Source: Nibricoccus sp. (lineage in GTDB: Bacteria; Verrucomicrobiota; Verrucomicrobiia; Opitutales; Opitutaceae). Taken from it: 64,000 nt of DNA. Location of the stretch: positions 1,568,001 to 1,632,000 of the forward strand of contig JASGHG010000001.1 in the NCBI GenBank assembly GCA_047602425.1. Reading direction: 5' to 3'. Below the pieces are notes generated by a model. That model saw only the letters and a list, made by a program, of their open reading frames with translations, ran no database searches and had not been told where the DNA came from. Shown here piece by piece: positions 40,914-50,826 of this stretch; position 1 is the first letter of the stretch; the number at the start of each line of letters is the position of its first letter. The translations under genes were made by a program, and so were the position numbers.

Positions 40914-42704
40914 GTGCATCTCCCTAACCTTGTTCTCGCCACAGCTGCGAGCGCGGCTCCGTCCGGCGGCTCCAGCTCGATTCTGCTCAATCTCGCCGCG
41001 GTCGATTACGCGATCCTGGCCATTTACTTCGCGTTCGTCATCGGCATCGGCTGGGTGCTGAAGAGCTACCTGAAGACCAGTTCGGATTACTTTGAATCCG
41101 GCCGCTCCCTCCCCGCGTGGATTTGCGCGCTGGGCTTCATTGGCGCGAATCTCGGAGCCCAGGAAGTCATGGGCATGGCCGCTTCGGGCGCCAAATACGG
41201 CATCTCGACCAGCCACTTCTATTGGATCGGCGCGATTCCCGCGATGGTGTTTGTCGGTATTTTTATGATGCCGTTCTACTACGGCTCGAAGGCCCGCTCG
41301 GTGCCCGAATACCTGAAGCTGCGCTTCGATGAAAAAACCCGGACTTTCAACGCGCTCACGTTTGCCGTGATGACCGTTTTTTCCTCCGGCATCTCGATGC
41401 ACGCGCTGGCCCTGTTGCTCAATGCGACCCTCAGCAGCTCCATCCCGTGGTTAAACTACCACGTCTGCATCGCCTTCTCCGGCGTCATCGTCCTCATCTA
41501 CATCTACACGGGCGGCCTTACCTCGGCCATCTACAACGAGGTCATTCAGTTCTTCCTGATCGTGCTTGGTTTCGCTCCGCTCGTTTTCCTCGGTCTCAAG
41601 GATGTCGGCGGCTGGGACGGCCTGATGACCAAACTCGGACTCTACTCCCAAACTCAAGGCATGCCCGGCGCCTGGTCTCATTCTTGGGCTCACATGGGCA
41701 CCTCCACCGGCAACCCAATGGGTGTCGAATGGTTCGGCCTCGCCATGGGCCTCGGCTTCGTTCTCTCGTTCGGCTACTGGTGCACGGACTTCCTCGTGAT
41801 TCAGCGCGCCATGGCCGCCAAGGACATGAACTCGGCCCGCCGCACGCCAATCATCGCCGCGATTCCGAAAATGCTTTTCCCCGCGCTCGTGATTTTGCCC
41901 GGCATGATTGCCATCGCCCTCGTTCAGCAAGGCGGCAACTCCATCAGTCTTCCGACCACGCCCGGCGGCGAAACCGATTTCAACATGGTCGTCCCCGCCC
42001 TGCTCGCGAAGTACTTCCCCACCGGCATGCTCGGCCTCGGTCTCACCGCCCTCATGGCCTCTTTCATGTCCGGCATGGCGGGCAATGTCACCGCCTTCAA
42101 TACGGTCTGGACCTACGATCTTTACCATAACCACATCAACCCGAAAGCCAGCGACGCCGATCTCGTCCGCATGGGCCGGCTCACCACCGTGGTCGGCTTG
42201 TTGATCAGCGCAGCCGCGGCCTACACGGCCCGCGAGTTCAATAACATCATGGACATGCTCCAATTGGTGTTCGGCTTCGTCAACGCCCCGCTCTTCGCCG
42301 CGTTTCTCCTCGGCATGTTCTGGCGGCGCAGCACCGGCCACGGCGCGTTCTATGGTCTGCTCGCAGGAACACTCTCCGCGATGATTTTCCACGGTCTCAC
42401 GCTTCCCGCCGCTGGCACCGCCACTGGCATCAAGGGCGGCTGGATCGGCGTGCAACACACGTTCACGAGTTCGATGGCGCAAAACTTCTGGATGGCGATC
42501 TTCGCCTTCACCGGCTGCTTCATCGCGACCATCGTCATTTCGCTCGCCACCAAAGCCAACAAAACCGACGACGAACTCCGCGGCCTGGTTTACTCGCTCA
42601 CGCCAAAAGCCAAGGACGAAGGCGCTCCCTGGTATTCCCGTCCCGCCACTCTCGGCGCCGTCGTCATGGCGGGCGCACTGGTGCTCAACATCATCTTCTG
42701 GTAA
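40914..42704 (+). CDS. Sodium:solute symporter (SSS) family protein
   Basis: 'DYFESGRSLP', 'VPEYLKLRF', 'YWCTDFLVIQR', about 14 TM segments. Confidence 0.93.
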   Translation: MHLPNLVLATAASAAPSGGSSSILLNLAAVDYAILAIYFAFVIGIGWVLKSYLKTSSDYFESGRSLPAWICALGFIGANLGAQEVMGMAASGAKYGISTSHFYWIGAIPAMVFVGIFMMPFYYGSKARSVPEYLKLRFDEKTRTFNALTFAVMTVFSSGISMHALALLLNATLSSSIPWLNYHVCIAFSGVIVLIYIYTGGLTSAIYNEVIQFFLIVLGFAPLVFLGLKDVGGWDGLMTKLGLYSQTQGMPGAWSHSWAHMGTSTGNPMGVEWFGLAMGLGFVLSFGYWCTDFLVIQRAMAAKDMNSARRTPIIAAIPKMLFPALVILPGMIAIALVQQGGNSISLPTTPGGETDFNMVVPALLAKYFPTGMLGLGLTALMASFMSGMAGNVTAFNTVWTYDLYHNHINPKASDADLVRMGRLTTVVGLLISAAAAYTAREFNNIMDMLQLVFGFVNAPLFAAFLLGMFWRRSTGHGAFYGLLAGTLSAMIFHGLTLPAAGTATGIKGGWIGVQHTFTSSMAQNFWMAIFAFTGCFIATIVISLATKANKTDDELRGLVYSLTPKAKDEGAPWYSRPATLGAVVMAGALVLNIIFW

Positions 42705-42724
42705 CCCTCGACCCTTATTTCATC

Positions 42725-42925
42725 ATGAATCTCGACGTCCGCCTCCCCATGGGTCTGCTCTTCGCCATCATCGGCGCCATCCTGATTGTGCATGGCTTCG
42801 CCGCCGACCCGGCGATTTTCAACACCCATTCCCTCGGCATCAATATCAACGTGCGCTGGGGCATCATCATCTTCGCCTTCGGCGCGATCATGCTGCTCCT
42901 TTCCCGCAAAAAAAAGCAGGAGTAA
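42725..42925 (+). CDS. Small two-TM membrane protein following the SSS gene
   Basis: 'LDVRLPMGLLF...SLGININVRWG'; lies between the SSS gene and the terminator. Confidence 0.75.
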   Translation: MNLDVRLPMGLLFAIIGAILIVHGFAADPAIFNTHSLGININVRWGIIIFAFGAIMLLLSRKKKQE

Positions 42926-42946
42926 GCACAACCTCGTTCCATCTCC

Positions 42947-42976
42947 AAGCGCGGCGCCAAAACGCCGCGCTTTTTT
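42947..42976 (+). terminator. Intrinsic terminator
   Basis: AAGCGCGGCG/CGCCGCGCTT stem plus T-run. Confidence 0.85.
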
Positions 42977-43059
42977 GTGTCCTTTTAAGTCCACGACCCG
43001 GTGCAATGACACGAGGGTTCGAAGTCAAAAGAGAATCTCCAATCAGGCTCCTCCAGACA

Positions 43060-43084
43060 GTTTGTAACTTAATAGATTACAAAC
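43060..43084. repeat. Third copy of the 25-bp palindrome family
   Basis: GTTTGTAACTTAATAGATTACAAAC, 22/25 identical to 30344-30368. Confidence 0.8.
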
Positions 43085-43147
43085 CATCCGACCGATCTAA
43101 AGAATAGGTTTTGTAATAATCGAACCGCGGTACCGCAAAATTTCCGT

Positions 43148-44194
43148 CTACGCTCCGACGGCGAGTTGCCCGCAGCCGGCCGCGATATCGATACCCCGTC
43201 GCTGCCGAACCGTGCTCGGTAAATAGTACTCCGCGAGAATCGCCTGAAAGCGCTTCGCCGCGTCCAGCTGCGTGGGGTGGCCGTCGTATCCACACGTTGG
43301 ATTCAACGGAATGAGGTTCACCTGCGCCTGCAAACCTTTGAGCAATACTCCGACCGCGCGCGCCTGTTCCACCGTGTCGTTTTTTCCCTCGATCAAAGCC
43401 CATTCGAAGAAAATACGCCGGTCGAGCTTCCGCACAAAATACCGGCATGCGTCCATCAACGCGTCGAGCGGCCAGCGTTTCGCGACCGGCACAAGGGCCT
43501 CGCGTTCCGCTTGCGTTGCCGCGTGCAAACTCACCGCCAGGTGCACTGGCCGCGCTTCGTCTGCCATGCGAATGATGCCCGGCACTACGCCCACCGTGCT
43601 GAGGGTGATTTTCTTCGCGCCAAGCGCGACGCCGTTGGAATCGCGCAGGATGTCGCACGCCTTCATCACCGTATCGTAGTTGTGCAAGGGCTCTCCCATG
43701 CCCATCAGCACCATGTTCCGCAACCGATCGCCAGAACCACGCAGAAGTCTTTGCACGTGCAAAGCCTGCCCCACGATTTCGCCAGCGGTGAGATTACGCT
43801 TAAAACCCATTTGCCCCGTGGCGCAAAACACACAGCCCATCGCGCAACCCACCTGGCTGCTCACGCAAGCAGTGACGCGTCCCGTGAAACGCATGAGCAC
43901 CGTCTCGACTTTCGCATCGTCGTCGAGTCCGAGCAGAAATTTCCGCGTAAAACCATCGCTGCTGTGGAGCTCGCGCGCGACCGGCAGCACTTCCAGCCTG
44001 CATTCTGCGTCGAGTCGCTTGCGCAATTTCGGCGGCAATTCCGACATCGCCGCGAACGAATCCACACATTCGTAATAAAGATAGTTCCACAGCCGCGCCG
44101 CGTGCACGGGACTTAAATCCCACGAGACAACCAGCTCCTGTAGCTCCGCACGCGTCAGCTCATGGAGATTATGCCGTGCGGTGGAATTGTTCAC
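43148..44194 (-). CDS. rlmN: 23S rRNA A2503 C2-methyltransferase (radical SAM)
   Basis: 'SSQVGCAMGCVFCATG', 'MGMGEPL', 'NLIPLNP', 'IAAGCGQL'; start uncertain. Confidence 0.93.
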   Translation of the reverse strand: MNNSTARHNLHELTRAELQELVVSWDLSPVHAARLWNYLYYECVDSFAAMSELPPKLRKRLDAECRLEVLPVARELHSSDGFTRKFLLGLDDDAKVETVLMRFTGRVTACVSSQVGCAMGCVFCATGQMGFKRNLTAGEIVGQALHVQRLLRGSGDRLRNMVLMGMGEPLHNYDTVMKACDILRDSNGVALGAKKITLSTVGVVPGIIRMADEARPVHLAVSLHAATQAEREALVPVAKRWPLDALMDACRYFVRKLDRRIFFEWALIEGKNDTVEQARAVGVLLKGLQAQVNLIPLNPTCGYDGHPTQLDAAKRFQAILAEYYLPSTVRQRRGIDIAAGCGQLAVGA

Positions 44195-44346
44195 GCGCGC
44201 AACCAAAGCGATCTCTGCCCCACGCACAAGGGTTTGCTGCTCGCTCCGCAAAAATCCGGCCCCTTCTCTAAACTTCTCTCAGGGGCGCGCCGCCAGTTTG
44301 CGGCGCGCCCGTTCGTCACCCTCCCGGCGCGCGCAATTCCAAAAAA

Positions 44347-44610
44347 TCACCTATGCTCCGTCGGAGGATCGTCGGCTTTGCCTTCGTAGGCGTGAACCGA
44401 ACGCGCCGAGTCGCTCCACGTCGGCAAGTTTGCCCGCCGCCAGAAGTGCGCATGCGTAATATCCGCCCGCACCTCAGGCTCGTCGGCACGCATCATGAGT
44501 TGATTGATCGCGGCATATGCAACGTCCTCGGGATGCAAATGCAGTTGCTCCGCCAAACGGCAAATGGGCGCGTACTCTTCATCATCAAGGTAGACTTTGA
44601 TCGCTGGCAT
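44347..44610 (-). CDS. Small hypothetical protein, possible ribbon-helix-helix N-terminus
   Basis: ATG with upstream GGAGG; beta-strand plus two-helix pattern 'IKVYLDDEEYAPICRLAEQ'. Confidence 0.65.
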   Translation of the reverse strand: MPAIKVYLDDEEYAPICRLAEQLHLHPEDVAYAAINQLMMRADEPEVRADITHAHFWRRANLPTWSDSARSVHAYEGKADDPPTEHR

Positions 44611-45196
44611 GTCGGCCTCCTGTTTTTGGGGTTTCGGGAAATACGTTCTTGGCGGCCCCGAGACTAAGCTGACCGATACCTACAGGCAAGAGCAGCAAAT
44701 CATAATATTGTGCCGCGTAAGCGGCTCATTACTAAATGGTAGCGTGTATTTTAGTTTCAGATAAAAATCCGATTTCTAGGACGTAGGGCGACACCGGAAA
44801 TACGTGAAAAACAATCCTGCCGTATCCATTTTCCACCTACAAATATTGGTTCGGCCCCAGTGAAAAGGTTCCGGCGCGAATAGCCCGCCGTCCCGTTCGC
44901 GCGTGCTTCTGATTGCCAATGGTTTGCACTCAAAACGCCAACCCCTAATCTTACGCAGATTTTCCACGCAATCTTTTGTAGTGGTTTCCCCGTTTTATTC
45001 CCTTTGGTACAATTCACGATGGCACCGGGAGCATAGGGGTTTTATCGACGAGTCGTTAGCAGAACTATGCTTTGTTTCACCCATCCTTCGAGCGCGCGCT
45101 CCAAGCTCGCGCAGTTCCGTCGTATCGCAACCGGTACGTTTCCGCGCCTGCTCATGAACTTTTCGGGCTAACACCCGTCCAATCCACCGCCTTTCC

Positions 45197-46795
45197 GTGC
45201 GTTATCTGCACTCAACACCGCCCTTTGCCGCCCTGCCGGATGCCCACACCCGGCACGACCGGCCGCCTCCAGCGCCCTTGCTGGCCGCAGCCGTGCACGC
45301 ACAAAGTGAAGGTGTGCTCATCGCCGCCCGCCGGTGGACGAAAAAAGGCCTGCGCATTCTTTTCGCGAACGAAAGTTTTTGCGCTCTCACCGGCTACACC
45401 ACCGCCGAATTGCGCGAACGCGGCCACGGTTTCCTTCACGACAACAAGAAAGATCTTGTTCAACTCCACCGCTGGCAGGCCCGGCTGAAACCCGGTTCCA
45501 CGCTGAGCGGCGAAGGTATTCTCATCCGCAAGGATGGCGTGCGCGTGTATTCATCCTGGAACTACTGCCCGGTCTCCGACGAAAAAGGCAAAGTCACGCA
45601 TATCGTCGCCACTTATCGAGACCTCACCGAAAAACGCCGGATGCAGGAAGCTCTCATTCATTCGCAACGTCTCGACGCCGTGGGCCGGCTCGCCGGCGGC
45701 ATTGCGCATGATTTCAACAACCTGCTCTCCGTCATCAACGGCTATTGCGAGATGATGGGATCGAAGCGCGATGTCCGTAAGCTTGTCACTCGCGAGCTTC
45801 AGGAAATCCATGAGGCCAGCCAAAAAGCCGCAGGCCTCGTCGGCCAGCTTCTCGCCTTCAGCCGCCGCCAGACCAGCAATCCGCGCGTCATTAATCTCGA
45901 TCAACTCATTAGGGACAATAGCAACATTCTTTCGCGCCTGCTAAAACCAGCCCGCGCTCTCGAATTTTCCCTGTCCGCCGGTACGGCCAACATTCGCGTC
46001 GACCCAGCCCAACTCCAACAGGTGCTGCTCAACCTGGTTCTCAACGCGCGCGACGCCCTGCAGGAAGGCGGGACCGCCACCATCTCCACTTGCGTGCGCG
46101 AGGCCAGCCCCGATACCAACGACCCCTCGCGTCGCGGCCACTACGCAATTCTGACCGTCTCCGACAATGGTTCCGGCATGGACGAAGAAGTGCGCGCCCA
46201 TCTTTTCGAACCATTCTTTACAACCAAAGCCTCCGGCAAAGGCACCGGTCTTGGCCTCGCGCTCGTTTACGGAGTGGTGCAACAAAGTTCCGGCTTCATC
46301 CGCGTGCGAAGCGTCCCGGGCGCCGGCTCGACCTTCGAAATTTTCCTTCCGCTCATTAACCGCCCGGCCCACCATCGTCATTCCGCCGTGCCCGCCCTCC
46401 CGACCATTCGTGGCCAGGAACGCGTGCTCCTCATCGAGGAGGAAACTTCCGTGCGCAACATGATCACGGAAATATTCCGCGCCGCCGGCTACAAACTCGA
46501 AGCCGTCGCCTCCACGACCGAGGCTCTCGAGCTGCTGAAAAAGCAACGCCAGCCTTTCAACCTCGTCATCATTCAAGCGAGCGCCCGGCAAACCCGTGCC
46601 GACGAAATTTTCACTCGCGCCCTTCCCATCATGCTGCCCGAGGCGCGCGTCCTTTCCATCTCCAACTCGGAAACTTCCTGTTTTCCCGATCTCAACCCCG
46701 CTTTCCAAGCGACGCTGCCAAAGCCTTTCACGCTGAGCGCTGTTCTCAAAACCGCTCGCAGCCTGCTCGACGCCAAAACACCCGTCGCGTCATAG
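45197..46795 (+). CDS. PAS-domain hybrid histidine kinase (CckA-like) with degenerate receiver
   Basis: PAS '[12 protein letters not shown]', H-box '[10 protein letters not shown]', 'NARDA', 'DNGSG', 'FEPFFTTK', 'GTGLGL'. Confidence 0.92.
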   Translation: MRYLHSTPPFAALPDAHTRHDRPPPAPLLAAAVHAQSEGVLIAARRWTKKGLRILFANESFCALTGYTTAELRERGHGFLHDNKKDLVQLHRWQARLKPGSTLSGEGILIRKDGVRVYSSWNYCPVSDEKGKVTHIVATYRDLTEKRRMQEALIHSQRLDAVGRLAGGIAHDFNNLLSVINGYCEMMGSKRDVRKLVTRELQEIHEASQKAAGLVGQLLAFSRRQTSNPRVINLDQLIRDNSNILSRLLKPARALEFSLSAGTANIRVDPAQLQQVLLNLVLNARDALQEGGTATISTCVREASPDTNDPSRRGHYAILTVSDNGSGMDEEVRAHLFEPFFTTKASGKGTGLGLALVYGVVQQSSGFIRVRSVPGAGSTFEIFLPLINRPAHHRHSAVPALPTIRGQERVLLIEEETSVRNMITEIFRAAGYKLEAVASTTEALELLKKQRQPFNLVIIQASARQTRADEIFTRALPIMLPEARVLSISNSETSCFPDLNPAFQATLPKPFTLSAVLKTARSLLDAKTPVAS

Positions 46796-46836
46796 GTTGA
46801 CCTGAGGGCGTTCCACTCTTTCTGCTAGAGCGCAAC

Positions 46837-47367
46837 ATGCCCCTGTATCTGGTTCGCCATGCCCATGCCGTCGATGAAGAGGAGAATCGCAAGCGTCCGC
46901 TGAGCGAACGTGGTCGCACCCAAGTGCGCGCGCTGGCGGCCTTTTTCAACAACAACCAGCTCTTCACGCCCGCGCATGTCTGGCACAGTCCGCTCCTTCG
47001 CGCCCGCGAAACCGCCGAATTGCTTCTCAACGGCCTGGCCAGCGATGCCGCATTGGTGGAAACGCCCGACCTGCTACCCGAAGACGATCCAGTCCTAATC
47101 GCCAACCGGATTCAGGCCATCAACACCGCAATCAATATCGCGCTCGTCGGCCATCAACCCCACCTCGGCGCGCTTGTGACGCTTCTGCTTCGCGGCAAAC
47201 CTGCGCGAGAACTGGTGGACGTGCAGAAGGCCGCCGTGATCTCGCTCGGTCAAACCGGCGAAATCCACAAAAAGACCGGCCGCGCGCTCTGGCGGATCAA
47301 TTGGCATATCACGCCCGACTTGCTCACTGCCCGCCCCGCCCCCGCCGCACAACCGTGGCCTCCCTGA
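46837..47367 (+). CDS. sixA: SixA-like phosphohistidine phosphatase
   Basis: 'LYLVRHAHA', 'RPLSERG', 'SPLLRARETA', 'LVGHQP'. Confidence 0.85.
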   Translation: MPLYLVRHAHAVDEEENRKRPLSERGRTQVRALAAFFNNNQLFTPAHVWHSPLLRARETAELLLNGLASDAALVETPDLLPEDDPVLIANRIQAINTAINIALVGHQPHLGALVTLLLRGKPARELVDVQKAAVISLGQTGEIHKKTGRALWRINWHITPDLLTARPAPAAQPWPP

Positions 47368-47383
47368 ACCAGTCGCCGTAGCC

Positions 47384-48106
47384 ATGCGTCTCGATCTCCT
47401 TCCCACCCGCACCGGCGGCGCCGCCGAAAACATGGCGACCGATCTTCTGCTTCTACAGCGCTACCCTGTCGAAGAAAACGTCCGCTTTCGTCACTATAAC
47501 TGGCATCGTCCCGCCTTCACCTTCGGCTATAGTCAGCCACTTGACTTCGTTCGCGCCCAACTGCCCGCCGACGAGAACGTCGAAATTTGCCGGCGCCCCT
47601 CCGGGGGCGGTATGGTCGATCATCGCAACGATTGGACGTATGCATTGGTTATACCTCGCGCCCACGATCTTTACGAAGCTTGCGCGACAGAATCCTATCG
47701 GCTGGTGCATGCCTGCATCGCGCAAACGTTCACCACCCTTGGTCAACCCGCCGCGCTCAAGGAGCCAAAACCTGACTCAACCGCTAACGATACTGCCGGC
47801 TGCGGCCCCGGCGTTTGTTTTACCAAGGCCGAAGTCTACGATGTGATCCACCCGCACACCGGCGCAAAGATTGCCGGTGCAGCCCAAAAACGTTCCCGCC
47901 CCGGTATTCTTTTCCAAGGCTCGATCGCGCGCGATGCCGTGTCGCCCGATCTCGATTGGGATAAATTCGAGGAATCGCTCTCCACCGCACTCGCACAAGC
48001 CCTCGGGATGGGGGCCGAATCCGCGCCCTGGCCGGAATTTTCCGAAGACGAATTGTCCGCCCTGACCGAGCAATACTCCACCGAAGAGTGGAATGGCCGT
48101 CGCTAA
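47384..48106 (+). CDS. Lipoate-protein ligase / octanoyltransferase family protein
   Basis: 'NMATD', 'RRPSGGGMVDH', 'KIAGAAQ'. Confidence 0.85.
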   Translation: MRLDLLPTRTGGAAENMATDLLLLQRYPVEENVRFRHYNWHRPAFTFGYSQPLDFVRAQLPADENVEICRRPSGGGMVDHRNDWTYALVIPRAHDLYEACATESYRLVHACIAQTFTTLGQPAALKEPKPDSTANDTAGCGPGVCFTKAEVYDVIHPHTGAKIAGAAQKRSRPGILFQGSIARDAVSPDLDWDKFEESLSTALAQALGMGAESAPWPEFSEDELSALTEQYSTEEWNGRR

Positions 48107-49128
48107 TTGCGCGCGGCGTCGACAAACGCGCGGACGTTTTCCGTGGTCACGCCGGGCGGCATGCCACCGGCGCAAGAGAGAAGAAGCCGCGACGGGTTGG
48201 GGGTGTCAGCAAGGAGTTTTTGCACGGCGGCGCGCACGTCGGCTGGGGTGCCCTGGGCGAGCACATCGCGCGGCGGAATCGTGCCGAGAATGGTAAGACG
48301 ATTGTCGCACAGACGCCGCATTTCGGTGAGAGAAGTTTGAACACCGGGGTTGTAGAGGTTGATGCCTATGTCCGCGTAATGTCGGATCGACTGCGCGCAC
48401 GCGGCATCGTTGTGAAAAAACTTCACCGTTACTTCGCTCGCGTAGAGCTCTTTCAAATACGGAAAACCGAACTCCAAAAAGTCCGCCTCGCCCATGAAAC
48501 CGACGATATCGTCGAGCATCATGATGCCATCGATAGTCGGGAATGTTTTCCGCTGCAAAGCATGCCACTGTTTCAGGAAATCAGTGATAACGCGGAGCAA
48601 CTTGTGCATTTGCACTGGATCGGTTTTGATCGCACAAAGAAACTCCGTCGTGCCCATCAAAAAAGTCGCGACATTCAAGGGTCCGCGCGAAACCGAGAAA
48701 CGGATCTCGTGGCCGAGTGCTTTGATTTTCGGTTCGGCCCAGCGCAGGCGATTAAGCATGAATGGCAGCAGACCGTCGGTTTCGACATTGGGCACGACAA
48801 GCGTGTCAACTTGGGCGACGTCGTTGATGATTTTCTCGGCAAAAGGAAATTCGTTGCGCGGGAACTGACAGCGCGTGCCGAAAGCAGATGGTTCGGTGCA
48901 CATGCCAAACTCCGACCAGAACCCGGGCAGAAACCAAACATCGGGAAAAGTTTCGATAGCGCGGCGGTTGGCCTCGAACCAAATTTCGTCGCCGCAAAGA
49001 TAGTCCGCAATCTGCACGCCATGCCAGTTCGGCAACCAGGGACAATCAATGATGAAGGCTACCGGCCGGGGTTGAACGATTTCGCCGCGAACGACGGCGC
49101 AAAGTTGGTTCCATTGTTGGTTCGTCAT
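48103..49128 (-). CDS. Uroporphyrinogen decarboxylase / MtaA-CmuA methyltransferase family protein
   Basis: 'RGPLNVATFLMG', 'FFHND', 'GTIPP...GTPADV', 'LSCAGGMPPGVTTENV'. Confidence 0.8.
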   Translation of the reverse strand: MTNQQWNQLCAVVRGEIVQPRPVAFIIDCPWLPNWHGVQIADYLCGDEIWFEANRRAIETFPDVWFLPGFWSEFGMCTEPSAFGTRCQFPRNEFPFAEKIINDVAQVDTLVVPNVETDGLLPFMLNRLRWAEPKIKALGHEIRFSVSRGPLNVATFLMGTTEFLCAIKTDPVQMHKLLRVITDFLKQWHALQRKTFPTIDGIMMLDDIVGFMGEADFLEFGFPYLKELYASEVTVKFFHNDAACAQSIRHYADIGINLYNPGVQTSLTEMRRLCDNRLTILGTIPPRDVLAQGTPADVRAAVQKLLADTPNPSRLLLSCAGGMPPGVTTENVRAFVDAARN

Positions 49129-49207
49129 CGGGTAACGGGGTTGCCGCGACGCTAACAGGCGCACCCGGCAGAGCAACGACAACCAAGTCGCAACAATAGA
49201 CTGGGAC

Positions 49208-49238
49208 AAAAAATAAGCGGGATGAAAACATCCCGCTT
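49208..49238 (-). terminator. Intrinsic terminator after argJ
   Basis: AAGCGGGATG/CATCCCGCTT stem with a T-run on the minus strand. Confidence 0.75.
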
Positions 49239-49266
49239 GAATTCTTATCGGCGGAAATGAAAGCGA

Positions 49267-50640
49267 TCAGCTGCGGTAGTCGGCGTTCTCGCTTACGTAT
49301 TCGTGCGTCAAGTCGGCGCCAATCACCGTCGCACTCGCCGTACCAACCCCGAGATCGACTTCGATTTCGACACAGCGTTCATGCGGCGGAAAATCGATCG
49401 GTGGAGAAAAAACTCCGTCCTTCGGTGGAGCGCTTTCGTAGAGCTCGGCACTTTTGAGATGAGCCACGAGTTGCTTTTCCTTGGCCGGATCGAGCGCGAA
49501 GATGCCATCCTTCACGATCTGGATACCGCCGAGCTTCATCTGCGTCTTGCCGAGCGCGATGTTAGGCTCGTGGGCGCCGACGTATTTGCCGACCGCCTGC
49601 ACGAGGCGACCGACGTTGGGATCGTTGCCGGCGACGGCGCATTTGAAGAGCGGAGCATTGACAATGGTTTTGGCAATGGCTCTGGCGGTGCGTTCGGTCG
49701 GAACACCGGAAACCTTCACCCGCATCACGTGGCGCACGCCTTCACCATTGCGGGCCACGTCTTCGGCGAGGTCGGCGCAGACGACGTTGAGCGCGGCTTC
49801 AAAAGCGGCGAGGTCCTTGCAGGGAACTTTGCCCGAAGACAGCATCGCGACAGTATCAGAAGTGCTGGTGTCGCTATCGATGCTCATGCAGTTGAAACTG
49901 CGATCGACGGCGCGGGCGAGGATGGAGCGCAACTCGGCGCGCGGAACGGCGAGATCGGTCAAAATATACACGAGCATGGTCGCCATGTTCGGCTCGATCA
50001 TACCGGCGCCCTTGGCGATGCCGACGATGCTGCCGCCGAGGAGATCGGCGCGGCGGATTTTCGGATAAAGATCGGTGGTCACGATGCCTTCGGCGGCGGG
50101 CAGGATCGAGCCAGCAGCGAGCGAACCAATCGTTTGCGGCAACGCCGCTGCCATGGCGTCCGCAGGCAATCGCCAGCCGATCACGCCGGTCGAACTCGGC
50201 AGAATTTCGTCGGCACTGAGGCCAAGACTCTTGGCGGCCGCGGTGCAAAGACGTTCGGCCGTTTCGACGCCACCAGGCGCGCAGACGTTGGAAATTTTAT
50301 TGTTAACGAGAATCGCGCCGAGCTTTGCGCCATCGAGTCGCTTGCGGCCAACGATGACCGGCGCACCAGGAAACGCGTTCTTCGTGAACATCGCGGCGAA
50401 GTCCGGCGTGGGTTTGTCGAGGACGATGAGCGTGAGCGTCATCTTCGCGGGCTTCGGCACTTCGAAGGGCGTGAATTCAAAACGAGAGGTGCCCACGCGG
50501 AAACCCGCCGGCAATGCGGCCTGACTTGCAAGCCAGGCGCGGTGTTGATCGCGGGAGGAAAAGGTGAGGTTGGTACTTGGCACGAGTGGGAAATGTGAAC
50601 CGTGTGCGGGCGGAGTGAAGCCGAATTTATGTGACGGCAT
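49267..50640 (-). CDS. argJ: Ornithine acetyltransferase / N-acetylglutamate synthase
   Basis: 'SSTGVIG', 'KGAGMIEPNMATML', 'DTSTSD', 'DPNVGR', 'DLTHEYVSENADYRS'. Confidence 0.95.
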   Translation of the reverse strand: MPSHKFGFTPPAHGSHFPLVPSTNLTFSSRDQHRAWLASQAALPAGFRVGTSRFEFTPFEVPKPAKMTLTLIVLDKPTPDFAAMFTKNAFPGAPVIVGRKRLDGAKLGAILVNNKISNVCAPGGVETAERLCTAAAKSLGLSADEILPSSTGVIGWRLPADAMAAALPQTIGSLAAGSILPAAEGIVTTDLYPKIRRADLLGGSIVGIAKGAGMIEPNMATMLVYILTDLAVPRAELRSILARAVDRSFNCMSIDSDTSTSDTVAMLSSGKVPCKDLAAFEAALNVVCADLAEDVARNGEGVRHVMRVKVSGVPTERTARAIAKTIVNAPLFKCAVAGNDPNVGRLVQAVGKYVGAHEPNIALGKTQMKLGGIQIVKDGIFALDPAKEKQLVAHLKSAELYESAPPKDGVFSPPIDFPPHERCVEIEVDLGVGTASATVIGADLTHEYVSENADYRS

Positions 50641-50826
50641 CGTCACACAACGAAGTTGGCGAGCGGCACAGCTGCGAAGTTTTTTCGCTCACACCGAAAA
50701 TTATTATGGAAATACGAAGCTCGCGCGCCTAGGCATTTCCCACTTCGGATTTTTATGACCGCACACTTTTTCCAATCTCAGTCTTTCGCGGCGCACTGCC
50801 GCGCACTCTGATTGCCCGATTTTTCG

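Noticed and set aside
49303..50598. Long antisense or alternative-frame ORFs (also 2489..3472, 15223..16287, 29155..30183, 41451..42482, 48088..49155)
   Set aside because: Shadow ORFs of well-supported genes, typical of high-GC DNA.
50641..50826. ARG boxes in the argJ/argB divergent region
   Set aside because: No clear 18-bp TGAAT-N-ATTCA pair could be identified.
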